A DNA stretch of 64,000 nt. Source: Phycisphaerae bacterium (lineage in GTDB: Bacteria > Planctomycetota > Phycisphaerae > UBA1845). A program made the translations under genes and the position numbers. The stretch covers positions 842,554 to 906,553 of the forward strand of contig JAJDEB010000036.1 of the NCBI GenBank assembly GCA_029260015.1. Direction: 5' to 3'. Below are positions 1 to 10,746 of this stretch, in pieces; position 1 is the stretch's first letter; each line of letters opens with the position of its first letter. The notes beneath the pieces were generated by a model that did not search any database, was not told the origin of the DNA, and saw nothing but the letters and a program-made list of their open reading frames with translations.

Positions 1-327
1 GCGGGGGTCATTGCGCCTTCGGAATATTCGAGCGATCCGGGCGACGAAACGATCCGCAACAATCGCGCCTGGAAGCGCATCCCGCTCGAACACGTCACCA
101 TCGAATGGCGCGATCGGGCGGTGGAGTTGATCGATCTTGCCGATCTGCTGTCAGCGTTGCGCGAAGAATCGAGCCGGCTTCACGATGTGGTGATGCTGCA
201 TTGGTTTGGTGGAATGACGCACGCCGAAGTTGCCCAAGAATTAAATGTCAGCACGAGCACCGCTGAAAAAGATTTTCGCTACGCGCTGGCATGGTTGAAT
301 CAACGTTTGGAACAAACCAAAGGTTAA
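1..327 (+). CDS. ECF-family RNA polymerase sigma factor, 3' part (5' end lies upstream of the window)
   Basis: Frame +1 is open from base 1 to the TAA at 325-327. The tail ..HDVVMLHWFGGMTHAEVAQELNVSTSTAEKDFRYALAWLNQRL is a sigma-70 region-4 HTH of ECF type. The ORF-track start at 121 is only the first in-window start codon. Confidence 0.85.
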   Translation, partial: AGVIAPSEYSSDPGDETIRNNRAWKRIPLEHVTIEWRDRAVELIDLADLLSALREESSRLHDVVMLHWFGGMTHAEVAQELNVSTSTAEKDFRYALAWLNQRLEQTKG

Positions 328-328
328 G

Positions 329-1681
329 TTGCGAGTTGTTGTTAAACAGAAGGTACGGTTTAGAGTGGCCACCGATTTTCACGACAAGGTCAGTTCAATA
401 CTCGACGCTGCCGCCCGTCGTCGGACCAGTGTGCGCGAGGCGTTCGTCTCGAAAATCGCCGGCAACAATCCCGCCATCCTGCGCAGCGTCCGCAAGATGC
501 TCCCCCACTACCTAAAGCTCAAAGACTTCGAACCAGCCCGCCCGCAAGGAACGCAGTGGCTGGTCCCAAACACGACGATGTTCAAACGGATCGTCGGGTC
601 GAACACTGAAGATGTCGAATGGCAACCCCCGTTTTCAATCGCTCCATATAGCGTGACTGGTATCCTCGGTCGCGGTGGGATGGGCGTGGTTTATCTCGGA
701 ATACAAGCCGTCCGGCGGCGGCGCGTGGCCATCAAGATTCTGCCAAGTCGGATGCTTTCGCACCAACATCGCCGGCGCTTCCAACAGGAAAAAGAACTCC
801 TGCAACGCCTGCATCATCAGGGAATCGTCAGCGTCATCGACAGCGGGATCGTCAACATCAAAGATTCAAAACCCCATCTCGAATCGCAGGAGCGGCCGTA
901 CTTCGTGATGGAATATGTTGACGGCTGTGCGCTGACCAAACACGCCAATGAACAAGGACTGTCATCGCTCGATCGAATCATGTTGTTGCGCGCGATCTGC
1001 GATGCCGTCGAGTTCGCTCATCGGCGCGGTGTGATTCATTGCGACCTTAAACCAGACAACATCCTGGTGGATGAAACCGGTCAACCGAAAATTCTGGACT
1101 TTGGCATCGCCCGTTTGCAAGACTCAGTGAATGTCGGCAGTGCTGAATCCAAACAGTTCGTCGGAACCTACGCCTACGCCAGTCCGGAACAGTTGCGCGG
1201 TGCGACGCACACGCTGCGCCCCACCACTGACGTCTATTCACTCGGGTTGGTTGCCCACGAACTGCTCACCGGAAAACATCCGCGCCGCCAATCTGGAAAA
1301 CTGACCGTCGACCTGCGAAGCATCCGCCTCGGCCAGCCCGATGTACCTGTTACTCACGACGACCTTAGACTTCAACGAGCCCTCGTCGCCGTACTCGCCG
1401 CTGCCTTGCGCAAAACACGCGGGCAACCGTATCGCTCTGCCGGCGAAATGGGGGCTGACCTTCAGCAGATCCACGACATTTTCTCAGAGCGACTCGGTGC
1501 GGCCCGCAAACCCTGGTACCGAAACTGGATTGCGTCGATGGCAACACACCTGCGCCCCCACGACAAACAGGCAACGGATCACACCCGCCTGCTATCTGCG
1601 ATCTTCCGCAAGCGAATCGGCCTGTCCGGTAATGAGACCGATTTCGACGCCCCAAACGAACAAAATCGCCGCGAAGGTTGA
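329..1681 (+). CDS. Serine/threonine protein kinase (Hanks type), no TM segment or recognisable sensor domain
   Basis: 450-aa ORF whose TTG start lies 2 nt after the sigma stop. Kinase motifs: GRGGMGVVYLG, VAIK, HCDLKPDNILV, DFGIA, SPEQ. The exact start codon is uncertain. Confidence 0.9.
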   Translation: MRVVVKQKVRFRVATDFHDKVSSILDAAARRRTSVREAFVSKIAGNNPAILRSVRKMLPHYLKLKDFEPARPQGTQWLVPNTTMFKRIVGSNTEDVEWQPPFSIAPYSVTGILGRGGMGVVYLGIQAVRRRRVAIKILPSRMLSHQHRRRFQQEKELLQRLHHQGIVSVIDSGIVNIKDSKPHLESQERPYFVMEYVDGCALTKHANEQGLSSLDRIMLLRAICDAVEFAHRRGVIHCDLKPDNILVDETGQPKILDFGIARLQDSVNVGSAESKQFVGTYAYASPEQLRGATHTLRPTTDVYSLGLVAHELLTGKHPRRQSGKLTVDLRSIRLGQPDVPVTHDDLRLQRALVAVLAAALRKTRGQPYRSAGEMGADLQQIHDIFSERLGAARKPWYRNWIASMATHLRPHDKQATDHTRLLSAIFRKRIGLSGNETDFDAPNEQNRREG

Positions 1682-1702
1682 CGATCTCTCCAATTCTCAT
1701 AT

Positions 1703-1726
1703 ATTCATTCATCCGGATGAAGGAAT
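1703..1726. promoter_or_regulatory. 24-bp near-perfect palindrome ATTCaTTCATCC|GGATGAAgGAAT, candidate operator of the downstream ArsR-family regulator
   Basis: Read directly from the sequence. The inner 14 bp TTCATCCGGATGAA are a perfect palindrome and the outer arms have one mismatch. It ends 16 nt before the ATG at 1742. The function is inferred. Confidence 0.4.
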
Positions 1727-1741
1727 TATCCGATAGGTTGG

Positions 1742-2728
1742 ATGGGAGTTGGACTGCGCAAAATGGTGACCGACGGCATTTTCAAATCCATGACTGACCC
1801 GACCAGGCGACGAATTCTGCAAGTCCTTTTGCAGAATGAGCTTGGCGTCTCGGAATTGGTGAATGTGCTCGACGCTCCGCAGTCCACGGTCTCGCGCCAC
1901 CTGAAGTCCCTTCGAGAAGCCGGCTTGGTGGATGCCCGACAGAGTGGAACGTCTGCGACGTACTACCCGATCCGAAGCCAGAACGGTTCCAACGGAAACA
2001 ACGGGACCGACCACGACTTGCGGGTCCGCGTTCTCGATTGGAGCGCCGCACAGGAATTGCCGTCTTCGTTGAAGTCGCGTTTGGACGACGTCCTTAGAAG
2101 TCGGCAGACCGACAGCGATGCATTCTTCTCGCAGGTCGCCCACCGCTGGGACGCCATGCGAACCGACTGTTTTGGCACGTCGTTTCATCTCGACGCGTTG
2201 ACTGCGCTGCTGCCTTCCGATTGGACTGTCGTTGATGTCGGATGTGGAACGGGATACCTTCTTCCGCTTTTGTCGCGACGCTTTGCGAATGTCATAGCGG
2301 TTGACCCCGTTGACGAGATGCTCGACGTCTCACGCGCACGGTTGAAAGACGAGTCGGCGAGCAAGGTAACGTTTCGCAAAGGGGCTGCGTCCAACCTGCC
2401 CATTGATGACGACGCCTGCGACTTGTGCATTGCATCGTTGGTGTTGCATCACGAACCGGTGCCACCCGATGCGCTTGAAGAGTTTTGCCGAATTTTGAAA
2501 CCGGGTGGGCAAGTACTCATCATCGAACAGGAAGCACACACGCTCACCGCGTTTCATGACATGATGCAGGATCGCTGGTGGGGTTTTGATCGGAGCGAAC
2601 TGTCCAGCCAGCTAAACAAGTCCGGATTTGAAGATTGCCAAACGCACGATCTTCATTCAGTTGCGCCAGCAAAAGCGCCTTCAATTGACGCACCGGGATT
2701 GTTTGCACTGACTGGTCGTAAACCATGA
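1742..2728 (+). CDS. ArsR/SmtB-type wHTH fused to a class I SAM-methyltransferase-like domain (SahR-like regulator of the SAM/SAH cycle)
   Basis: 328-aa ORF. The N-terminus FKSMTDPTRRRILQVLLQNELGVSELVNVLDAPQSTVSRHLKSLREAGLV is an ArsR HTH. The C-terminal half has methyltransferase motif I VVDVGCGTGYL and ILKPGGQVLI. It sits directly upstream of ahcY on the same strand. Confidence 0.8.
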   Translation: MGVGLRKMVTDGIFKSMTDPTRRRILQVLLQNELGVSELVNVLDAPQSTVSRHLKSLREAGLVDARQSGTSATYYPIRSQNGSNGNNGTDHDLRVRVLDWSAAQELPSSLKSRLDDVLRSRQTDSDAFFSQVAHRWDAMRTDCFGTSFHLDALTALLPSDWTVVDVGCGTGYLLPLLSRRFANVIAVDPVDEMLDVSRARLKDESASKVTFRKGAASNLPIDDDACDLCIASLVLHHEPVPPDALEEFCRILKPGGQVLIIEQEAHTLTAFHDMMQDRWWGFDRSELSSQLNKSGFEDCQTHDLHSVAPAKAPSIDAPGLFALTGRKP

Positions 2729-2826
2729 ATTGCGGGAAGCAAGAACTTTCCGAACGCAGCATTGCTAAAACGAAATAGAACATTGAACTGATTCACTGAA
2801 ACTTTCTAGAACATCGGAGATCAAAC

Positions 2827-4245
<1,419 letters not shown>

Positions 4246-4258
4246 GCGTTACGAAATT

Positions 4259-4281
4259 GTCGGGTCGATGACCCGACCTAC
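4259..4281. repeat. 23-bp palindromic element GTCGGGTCGATGACCCGACCTAC (copy 1 of 2)
   Basis: 8-bp stem GTCGGGTC/GACCCGAC with a GAT loop. An identical 23-mer recurs at 6693-6715. It lies 14 nt after the ahcY stop. Confidence 0.8.
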
Positions 4282-4289
4282 CACAGGTG

Positions 4290-4309
4290 CCCCACCCTTC
4301 AGGGTGGGG
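4290..4309 (+). other. GC-rich hairpin CCCCACCC-TTCA-GGGTGGGG in the ahcY 3' region
   Basis: Perfect 8-bp stem with a 4-nt loop, read directly. It sits between the 23-bp element and the terminator. Confidence 0.6.
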
Positions 4310-4330
4310 GACTGACAAATCAAATAGATA

Positions 4331-4367
4331 CGGGCGGGATGGCCAACGCCATCTCGCCCGTTTTTTT
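4331..4367 (+). terminator. Rho-independent terminator of ahcY
   Basis: 13-bp stem CGGGCGGGATGGC/GCCATCTCGCCCG (one G-U pair), loop CAAC, followed by T7 at 4361-4367. Confidence 0.9.
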
Positions 4368-4483
4368 AGTTGTGCCCAATCATAGCGTTAGAGCATCCGG
4401 ACTTGATCTCAATTGCGTCACGACCGCAAAATCCGATATGATATTGTTGGTCGGACTTCAATTCTGAATCTAAGGAGCACGCG

Positions 4484-4930
4484 ATGGCGACAATCAATAT
4501 GGAGAGAACGGTTCACGCACCCATCGAAAAAGTCTTCGCAACCTTCACCGACCTGCGAGGAGCCGCCAACCATATCAACGGAATCACCAAACTCGAAGTG
4601 CTTACCGACGGGCCAATCGGCGTGGGCACAAAATTCCGCGAAACCCGCATCATGTTCAAGAAGGAAGCCACTGAAGAATTGGAGATCACATCCTTCGAGC
4701 CAAACCAATCCTACTCTGTCGGCAGCCATTCGTGCGGGGCGGAGTTTAAGACGACGTTTCGCTTCATACCTAAAGGCGATTCCACCGAAGTGCTGTTAAA
4801 TATCAATTGCAAACCAGTTACACTGTTCGCAAAGATCGTCTCGCCACTAACCACTCTGATGATGGCACCAACCATGAAGAAATGCATGACCGGCGACCTA
4901 AACGATCTCGCCGCCATCGCCGAGGCGTAG
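4484..4930 (+). CDS. SRPBCC (START/polyketide cyclase-like) family protein
   Basis: 148-aa ORF with AAGGAG 7 nt upstream. The N-terminus ERTVHAPIEKVFATFTDL and the overall length fit the SRPBCC ligand-binding fold family. Confidence 0.75.
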   Translation: MATINMERTVHAPIEKVFATFTDLRGAANHINGITKLEVLTDGPIGVGTKFRETRIMFKKEATEELEITSFEPNQSYSVGSHSCGAEFKTTFRFIPKGDSTEVLLNINCKPVTLFAKIVSPLTTLMMAPTMKKCMTGDLNDLAAIAEA

Positions 4931-4997
4931 AACGTTGTTGTGCGCCATCGGCAAACTTGTCGGGGCGAACCGGCACCTACTCAAGGCCTAGCAAAAC

Positions 4998-5429
4998 GTG
5001 GACGATTTTACGCAATTCTATCGTGAGTGCTTTCTGGAATTGTTCGGTGCTTCTCCTAAGCCAAACGAATCGCTGGAACAAAAGCGATTGAAGCAAACGC
5101 TACGCTCACTCCGATTGACTATTCCAAAGTCGTTATTCGATTACTATGAATTTGCAGGACGACATTGGATTAATGAAGAACACAATCGATTGCGACCTGT
5201 CGAAGAGCTTTCCTGGAATGATGATAGGCTCATATTTGCCGACGAAAATCAGAACGTCGTTTGTTGGGGTATCGATCGTTCCGAAGTGACACTTGACGAT
5301 CCTGTCATCTGGCAGGGAATCAATGATGACACGATCGATTGGTATTCAGAAGAACAAACGCTCAGCCGATTCCTGATGGCAATGTGGAAATGGACGATAA
5401 CGGGTGAACTACCCGCAACCGATGCTTGA
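4998..5429 (+). CDS. SMI1/KNR4 (SUKH superfamily) immunity-type protein
   Basis: 143-aa ORF in a low-GC stretch. LTIPKSLFDYYEFAGRHW ... RLIFADENQNVVCWGID ... follows the SUKH pattern (LP..l..fy...NG ... f....g....c.d). Confidence 0.65.
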   Translation: MDDFTQFYRECFLELFGASPKPNESLEQKRLKQTLRSLRLTIPKSLFDYYEFAGRHWINEEHNRLRPVEELSWNDDRLIFADENQNVVCWGIDRSEVTLDDPVIWQGINDDTIDWYSEEQTLSRFLMAMWKWTITGELPATDA

Positions 5430-5472
5430 ACACGGGCGAACGAAAAGCCAGGTCTCCCCAATCAGTCGCCGT

Positions 5473-6015
5473 TCATTTGAATCTCTCAAGTTCTCGAATG
5501 GCATAATATCGCACGTATTCCTCCGCACTTCTTGCGCCCAGCGACTTTCTATCACTGCTATTTATGAGTTGTTTGTGTTCGCTGATGATGCCGTTGGGTG
5601 ACGACAGAATCTCCTGCCATAAGGCTATCGCCCTCTCTCGCGCAGCCTTGGCTTCATCTGTTCCTGCTTGCGACGTTCTAGACAGATCCATTAGCGTGTA
5701 TGCAAGCCACAATTTGGAATAGTCGTCACCTAAATCTCGTATCGCAAGAAGTGCGGGAATGGCTTCGTGGGCATGTGCGTTACGAAGCTGGAAGAACGCG
5801 GTGCAGTCAATCGGATCGATTCGAAATACCCAATAGGCAACATACTCCTCACGCCAAATCCGTTCCCGCTCCGGCGATCCGCCAAGCCGCCGGTATTCCG
5901 TCATTGCACCTTCGCGATCAAGATGAAAATGGCTGCAACTATAATGCCAAAACATGCGCTTGGCTGCTTCAAGGTCCGGCCCAGAATTCTCCCTTGGATC
6001 ATCCATGTGATTCAT
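5473..6015 (-). CDS. Hypothetical protein (low-GC islet)
   Basis: 180-aa ORF, convergent with the SUKH gene, with GAAGG upstream of the ATG. I recognise no family. Confidence 0.55.
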   Translation of the reverse strand: MNHMDDPRENSGPDLEAAKRMFWHYSCSHFHLDREGAMTEYRRLGGSPERERIWREEYVAYWVFRIDPIDCTAFFQLRNAHAHEAIPALLAIRDLGDDYSKLWLAYTLMDLSRTSQAGTDEAKAARERAIALWQEILSSPNGIISEHKQLINSSDRKSLGARSAEEYVRYYAIRELERFK

Positions 6016-6074
6016 TTCGGAACCTTCGTGTACGTCGAGTCATCGACCTGACCCTGTACCCCAATAATATCGAA

Positions 6075-6671
6075 TTATCCCCCAATGATCGGCAATCTGT
6101 CACCGTCTCGGGCCGGCCGCCCTTCGAGCAGCAGAAAAACATAACTACGAAGATACTCCTCGGATTCGTTCTCGATGAAGTCAATGTATTGGGTAAGCAT
6201 CGATCGAAGCGAGATGTCTACTGATGGGTCCCAAGACGTACGCTCGTTCTCACTGACTGAGGTTTGCAGGCCTTGTGCCCAATCGATCAATTCACCGCGT
6301 CGCTCCCACCACTCCGCCACGAGCGGTGGGGTCCAGTGTTCATTGCCATCGATGCCATAAGAATCGGCCTCATCGCACCACATCGCGGTGATGCAGTCAA
6401 CGTACTCATTTTCAGTACACGGCGGCCTCCAAACGAATTCGCAGCGCTCATCGTAGAAAAGATGACTGGGTGCATCGCTCGATGCCAACAAAGACATCAT
6501 GTTGCTGATCGTGCTATAAAATGGGCCGGGAGTATTTTTCCAGTATTTTTCTTTCCACCGGACCGCGAATCGATCAACTTCTATCTCGTATTCCACACCG
6601 TTTGCATGAAGAAACTCTTCGGTGAACAGTTCGTCGGGCGGAGAAGTAGACCATCGTTTTGACTCATGCAT
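6075..6671 (-). CDS. Hypothetical Trp/Glu-rich protein (low-GC islet)
   Basis: 198-aa ORF with GAGG about 8 nt upstream of the ATG. I recognise no family with confidence. Confidence 0.55.
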   Translation of the reverse strand: MHESKRWSTSPPDELFTEEFLHANGVEYEIEVDRFAVRWKEKYWKNTPGPFYSTISNMMSLLASSDAPSHLFYDERCEFVWRPPCTENEYVDCITAMWCDEADSYGIDGNEHWTPPLVAEWWERRGELIDWAQGLQTSVSENERTSWDPSVDISLRSMLTQYIDFIENESEEYLRSYVFLLLEGRPARDGDRLPIIGG

Positions 6672-6692
6672 GATTGGCCTCGCACTTGATCC

Positions 6693-6715
6693 GTCGGGTC
6701 GATGACCCGACCTAC
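6693..6715. repeat. 23-bp palindromic element GTCGGGTCGATGACCCGACCTAC (copy 2 of 2)
   Basis: Identical to 4259-4281. It lies 8 nt beyond the stop of the minus-strand gene 6723-7736. Confidence 0.8.
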
Positions 6716-6722
6716 TAATACC

Positions 6723-7736
6723 TTAGTTCAGCCGATCGAGGTAGGCCATCATGACATAGGCCTCTGCTGTGTGTTTTGGACCTGGGATGTTGGCGAGGCG
6801 GCGGGCCATGGCTTGTAGATGTCTTGATCGGAAGAATTCGTAGAAGACGGTTGCGCTTTCCGGGTCGGTTGAGGCTATTGGGTCGACCAGTTCCGTTGAC
6901 TGCACGCCCGCTTCTTCCATTTCTTTTTCTTTGGCCTTCAATTCTTCGGTGGTTGCGCCGAACAGGAATTCGCGAAACGCGCCGATCTCGTCCTCGGTTG
7001 GATCGTCGGTGGCGAAGAAGTCCACGAACCCTGGATCGCAGCCGGCTTTGAATAGCTCGAACATTTCGTGGGTGCCAATCAGCGTCCCACCGATCGCGGT
7101 GATGCGCCGGCGGGCATTCCACGCTGCATCCAGAATCGGAAAGAAATCGCTCACCCGAAATGTCACGCGGCGCTCCCAAACCTGTGCGAGTGCGGCCACC
7201 GCCCGTGAGCGCGTCTGCGCGTCGATGCCATCACCGGTTGCGATGTCGGAGAGCACCTCTTCGATCAGCTTGATATACAAACAGCGACGCAGGCTTGTAG
7301 TGGCCAACTCCTTCAGGTCATCGCCATCGTCATTTTCAAAAATGTCGAGGCAGACGTAGCGAAGCAATCGATAAAAGTTCGCTTCGGCCATCACAAGCGC
7401 CCGCCCCAGATGTGTTCGCGTTGGCAGCAGGAATTCAAAATTCGCCGGTGTCGCCCGACTGAGGCTTTTAACCAAACTCGAAAGACCGCGACGACGTTGC
7501 CCCAACCGCTGATCGTTTAAGGGTGACGGATACTGCGCGGTGATTTCACCGAACCATTCGAGGCTGACAATCTGCTGGCGAATTGCGGCAAGCAGGTTGG
7601 CCGCTTCTTCGCGGGTACTGGCTGCGAGTCGCGCACAAATCGCTTCGATCGTCGCGCGCTCTTCGCTGTCGAACGGGCTGTTGGGCCCATAGCAGACTTG
7701 CGGATTTGTCGTTGTTGTCACGTCTGAATCGTTCAT
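6723..7736 (-). CDS. Hypothetical protein
   Basis: 337-aa ORF with normal GC. The competing plus-strand ORFs look like shadow frames. No family recognised. Confidence 0.7.
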   Translation of the reverse strand: MNDSDVTTTTNPQVCYGPNSPFDSEERATIEAICARLAASTREEAANLLAAIRQQIVSLEWFGEITAQYPSPLNDQRLGQRRRGLSSLVKSLSRATPANFEFLLPTRTHLGRALVMAEANFYRLLRYVCLDIFENDDGDDLKELATTSLRRCLYIKLIEEVLSDIATGDGIDAQTRSRAVAALAQVWERRVTFRVSDFFPILDAAWNARRRITAIGGTLIGTHEMFELFKAGCDPGFVDFFATDDPTEDEIGAFREFLFGATTEELKAKEKEMEEAGVQSTELVDPIASTDPESATVFYEFFRSRHLQAMARRLANIPGPKHTAEAYVMMAYLDRLN

Positions 7737-7817
7737 CGCTCGCTATCGTGACTCAAATTGTCGATGACGACAACCGTGAATCGAAGCGAAACCTCGAAAT
7801 GTCGGTAACAATCGGCG

Positions 7818-8852
7818 TCACTTGAGTTTGGCAAAACTGTTGTTGAATGCGTCCAGGCACTCGGGCGTCGAGTTGATCCGCCAGTCGTGTTCGCCTTCGC
7901 GCCGCTTGTCCAGATTAAACCAGATGACGGCAGACACGCGAGTTTTCGTGGATAACCATTCGTACGCATCGGTGATCCACTTGGCTTTTCGACCGGCTGC
8001 ATCGTCGGTCGTGCCAAACTCAGCCAGCATCACCGGATGCATGGGATATCGCCGATCGAATTCCACTAGCGCTTTCTCGAAGATTTGCTGACACGACTGC
8101 CAGGTGTGCCACTCGTCGTGTTCGTCGCCCCAATTGTAACCATCGATACCGACCCAATCGACGTACGCTTCGCCAGGATAGTAAAGGTGCATATCGTTGG
8201 CCGGTAGGTCGGGTACGCTGGTGATGTTCGGTGCCCATACCCATTTCACGTTGTCTGCACCGACGCGTTTGAAAATCGCATGGACCCGTCGCCACGCGCT
8301 AATGTATGCCTCCGGATCGCCTGACCAACTAAACCAATCACCGTTGAATTCAAACCCGAAGCGAAGCATCACCGGTCCGCCTTCCGCTTTGGCGTCGCGG
8401 GCCCAACTTTCAAAGTATTCGTCAAGCTCGCCGGCGTTGATATTCGGAAGAAACTTCGTGGACTTGCGCCCCCATTGCCAAAGCTCCAGCGAAATGGATG
8501 GAATCGCTCCGCGCTTACGGATGATCTCAACCGCCTTCGCAGGGAAGGGCCGACCCAGATCGCGATAGAACATGACGTAATCAGGAGGAGACGCCAGCTT
8601 CTCAATCGTTAAATCGAGAAAGTGCTCAAAGCGCTCTGCGCCCCAATAGATTTGATAAATGCCCCATCGGATATCTAACGGTGGACTAGATTGAGTAGGC
8701 TGGGATTGAATGGGCGGGGATTCATCGGCTGCAGATGTTCTTGCCGATGGCGAATACTCCCACAACCCGACGAGACACACGACAACAACCATCACCCCGA
8801 CCGACCAAAAGGCACGGGCTTTGATCTTCCCGTTGGCCCGTGTCTTTTCCAA
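7818..8852 (-). CDS. Glycoside hydrolase family 26-like (mannanase-type) secreted or membrane-anchored protein
   Basis: 344-aa ORF with an N-terminal hydrophobic anchor. Motifs FEFNGDWFSWSG, WVWAPN, YYPGEAYVDWVGIDGYNW and LAEFG match the GH26 pattern. Confidence 0.7.
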   Translation of the reverse strand: MEKTRANGKIKARAFWSVGVMVVVVCLVGLWEYSPSARTSAADESPPIQSQPTQSSPPLDIRWGIYQIYWGAERFEHFLDLTIEKLASPPDYVMFYRDLGRPFPAKAVEIIRKRGAIPSISLELWQWGRKSTKFLPNINAGELDEYFESWARDAKAEGGPVMLRFGFEFNGDWFSWSGDPEAYISAWRRVHAIFKRVGADNVKWVWAPNITSVPDLPANDMHLYYPGEAYVDWVGIDGYNWGDEHDEWHTWQSCQQIFEKALVEFDRRYPMHPVMLAEFGTTDDAAGRKAKWITDAYEWLSTKTRVSAVIWFNLDKRREGEHDWRINSTPECLDAFNNSFAKLK

Positions 8853-8874
8853 TCAACGCATCCTCAATTTTTTA

Positions 8875-10584
8875 TTAGGCGAGTCGCAAGGGGCTGTCGA
8901 GAAAGCCTTCGAGTTTGCGCGAGCGCACGGGGTGTTGAAGCTTACGGATGGCTTTTGCTTCGACCTGTCGCACACGCTCACGGGTCACTTTGAAGATGCG
9001 GCCAACCTCTTCGAGCGTGTAGGTGTATCCGTCGCCAATGCCATAGCGCAGCTTGATGATTTCGCGCTCGCGATAGGTCAGCGTCTTGAGAACTTCTTCG
9101 ATGCGGTCCTTGAGCATTTCCGAGCCAGCCGACATGACCGGCGACTCAGCCGAAGCGTCTTCGATGAAGTCACCGAAGTACGAATCTTCGCTTTCACCCA
9201 CCGGTCGATCGAGCGAAATGGGGTGGCGCGAAATCTTCATCACGCGGCGGGCTTCGCTCACCGGCATCTGGGCGCGCTTCGCGATTTCTTCAATGGTGCC
9301 TTCGCGTCCCAAATCCTGAAGCAATTGCTTGGCGATATTGCGGAGGCGAGACATCGTTTCGATCATGTGGACGGGAATGCGAATCGTGCGGGCGTGGTCG
9401 GCGATGGCGCGGGTAATGGCCTGGCGAATCCACCATGTCGCGTATGTGCTGAACTTGTAACCACGCTTGTATTCGTATTTATCGACCGCCCGCATCAAAC
9501 CGGTGTTGCCTTCCTGAATGATATCCAGAAAGCTCAAACCACGGTTGCGATACTTCTTGGCGATACTGACAACGAGGCGCAGGTTACCGCCGGAAAGCTT
9601 GCGCTTGGCGTCTTCGTATTCCGAGAACACCCGCGAGATGATGTTCAAGCGCCCGGATAGCCCTTCCGTGTCTTCCATCACCAGCGACTTCATGCCCTCA
9701 ATTTCGTCGCACATCGCTTCGTAGTCTTCCATCGGAATGTTCTTCCGCTTGGACATCTGCACGATGCGCCGTTCGAGATCGACCATTTTAGATTTGATCG
9801 AAACGAGTTTTTTCATGAGCGGCGTGATGCGACTGGTGCGCAGTGAAAGCTCTTCGAGCAGTTTTGAAATCTTGCGCCGGCGGCTTGTCATTTGTGAATC
9901 GACCTGCGCACGGGTGGCAGCAGCCACGCGCTTGCGGTTGAGCGATTCCCAATCTTCTTCATTGCGACATAATAGCGCCCGGGCTGTTGCGATGTTGCCA
10001 GGCATGCGCGACATGATCGTCGTCTTGGCCATCTGCTCAGACGTCAGGATTTTCATCGTGCGATCAAACGGAAGCGTACCGTTGTGGACGCGCTGAAGAA
10101 TATCGACAGCTTGTGCCGCACAATAATCGCTTTCAAGCACCTTCTGGCGGAATGCCATCCGGGTCAGTTCGATCTTTTTGGCGAGGCGGATTTCTTCTTC
10201 CCGGGTCAGCAGCGGGATTTCACCCATCTGCGTGAGGTACATGCGTACCGGATCGTCGATGCGCCGAGCGTTGGACTCGTCGGGGGCTGCCTTCGCGCCT
10301 TTTTTAGATTCGGCATCGTCGCCCGTCGTCCCCTTCTTGCGCGATCCACGTCGGGCTTCGATTTTTTCGGCTTCGATCTCGTCGAGCAAATCGACCTTTT
10401 GCTCTTCAAAGTGCAGCAACATCATCTCGAGCTTATCGGGCGACACGGCTTCATCCGGAATGGCCTCGTTGACCTCTTCCCAAGTGATGTACCCGCGCTT
10501 CTTGCCCAGCTCGGTCAGTTCGAGCATGCACTTTTCAATCTCATTGTTGACTTCTTCGAATGTCTTCGTCGCCAATGTCGTCAT
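8875..10584 (-). CDS. rpoD: RNA polymerase primary sigma factor RpoD
   Basis: [34 protein letters not shown] (region 2.4/3) and a region 4 [30 protein letters not shown] prefer the ATG at 10584 (GGAGA 7 nt upstream) over the GTG at 10632 in the ORF track. Confidence 0.95.
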   Translation of the reverse strand: MTTLATKTFEEVNNEIEKCMLELTELGKKRGYITWEEVNEAIPDEAVSPDKLEMMLLHFEEQKVDLLDEIEAEKIEARRGSRKKGTTGDDAESKKGAKAAPDESNARRIDDPVRMYLTQMGEIPLLTREEEIRLAKKIELTRMAFRQKVLESDYCAAQAVDILQRVHNGTLPFDRTMKILTSEQMAKTTIMSRMPGNIATARALLCRNEEDWESLNRKRVAAATRAQVDSQMTSRRRKISKLLEELSLRTSRITPLMKKLVSIKSKMVDLERRIVQMSKRKNIPMEDYEAMCDEIEGMKSLVMEDTEGLSGRLNIISRVFSEYEDAKRKLSGGNLRLVVSIAKKYRNRGLSFLDIIQEGNTGLMRAVDKYEYKRGYKFSTYATWWIRQAITRAIADHARTIRIPVHMIETMSRLRNIAKQLLQDLGREGTIEEIAKRAQMPVSEARRVMKISRHPISLDRPVGESEDSYFGDFIEDASAESPVMSAGSEMLKDRIEEVLKTLTYREREIIKLRYGIGDGYTYTLEEVGRIFKVTRERVRQVEAKAIRKLQHPVRSRKLEGFLDSPLRLA

Positions 10585-10746
10585 TAAGAATCTCCGCCAT
10601 ATCGATCGCAAAGCAACTGCCGGCTCAGTCACTGCAACTTGAACATGACAAAAAGTATTAAACCAATCTGATTATTCCCTGACAGCCATACCTACCCGCA
10701 GGCTGCCCCATTATTTTCTAGCCACCACTCTAATTACCTAGCCGCC

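Noticed and set aside
2729-2826. Possible SAH riboswitch in the ahcY leader
   Set aside because: The leader is only 98 nt and AT-rich, and I could not find the GC-rich pseudoknot-forming segments expected of the SAH riboswitch. A protein regulator (SahR-like) is present instead.
8710-9660. 316-aa plus-strand ORF antisense to rpoD
   Set aside because: It lies entirely inside the unambiguous rpoD gene on the other strand. Its low-complexity Ala/Arg/Gly-rich translation has no motifs. This is a typical shadow ORF of GC-rich DNA.
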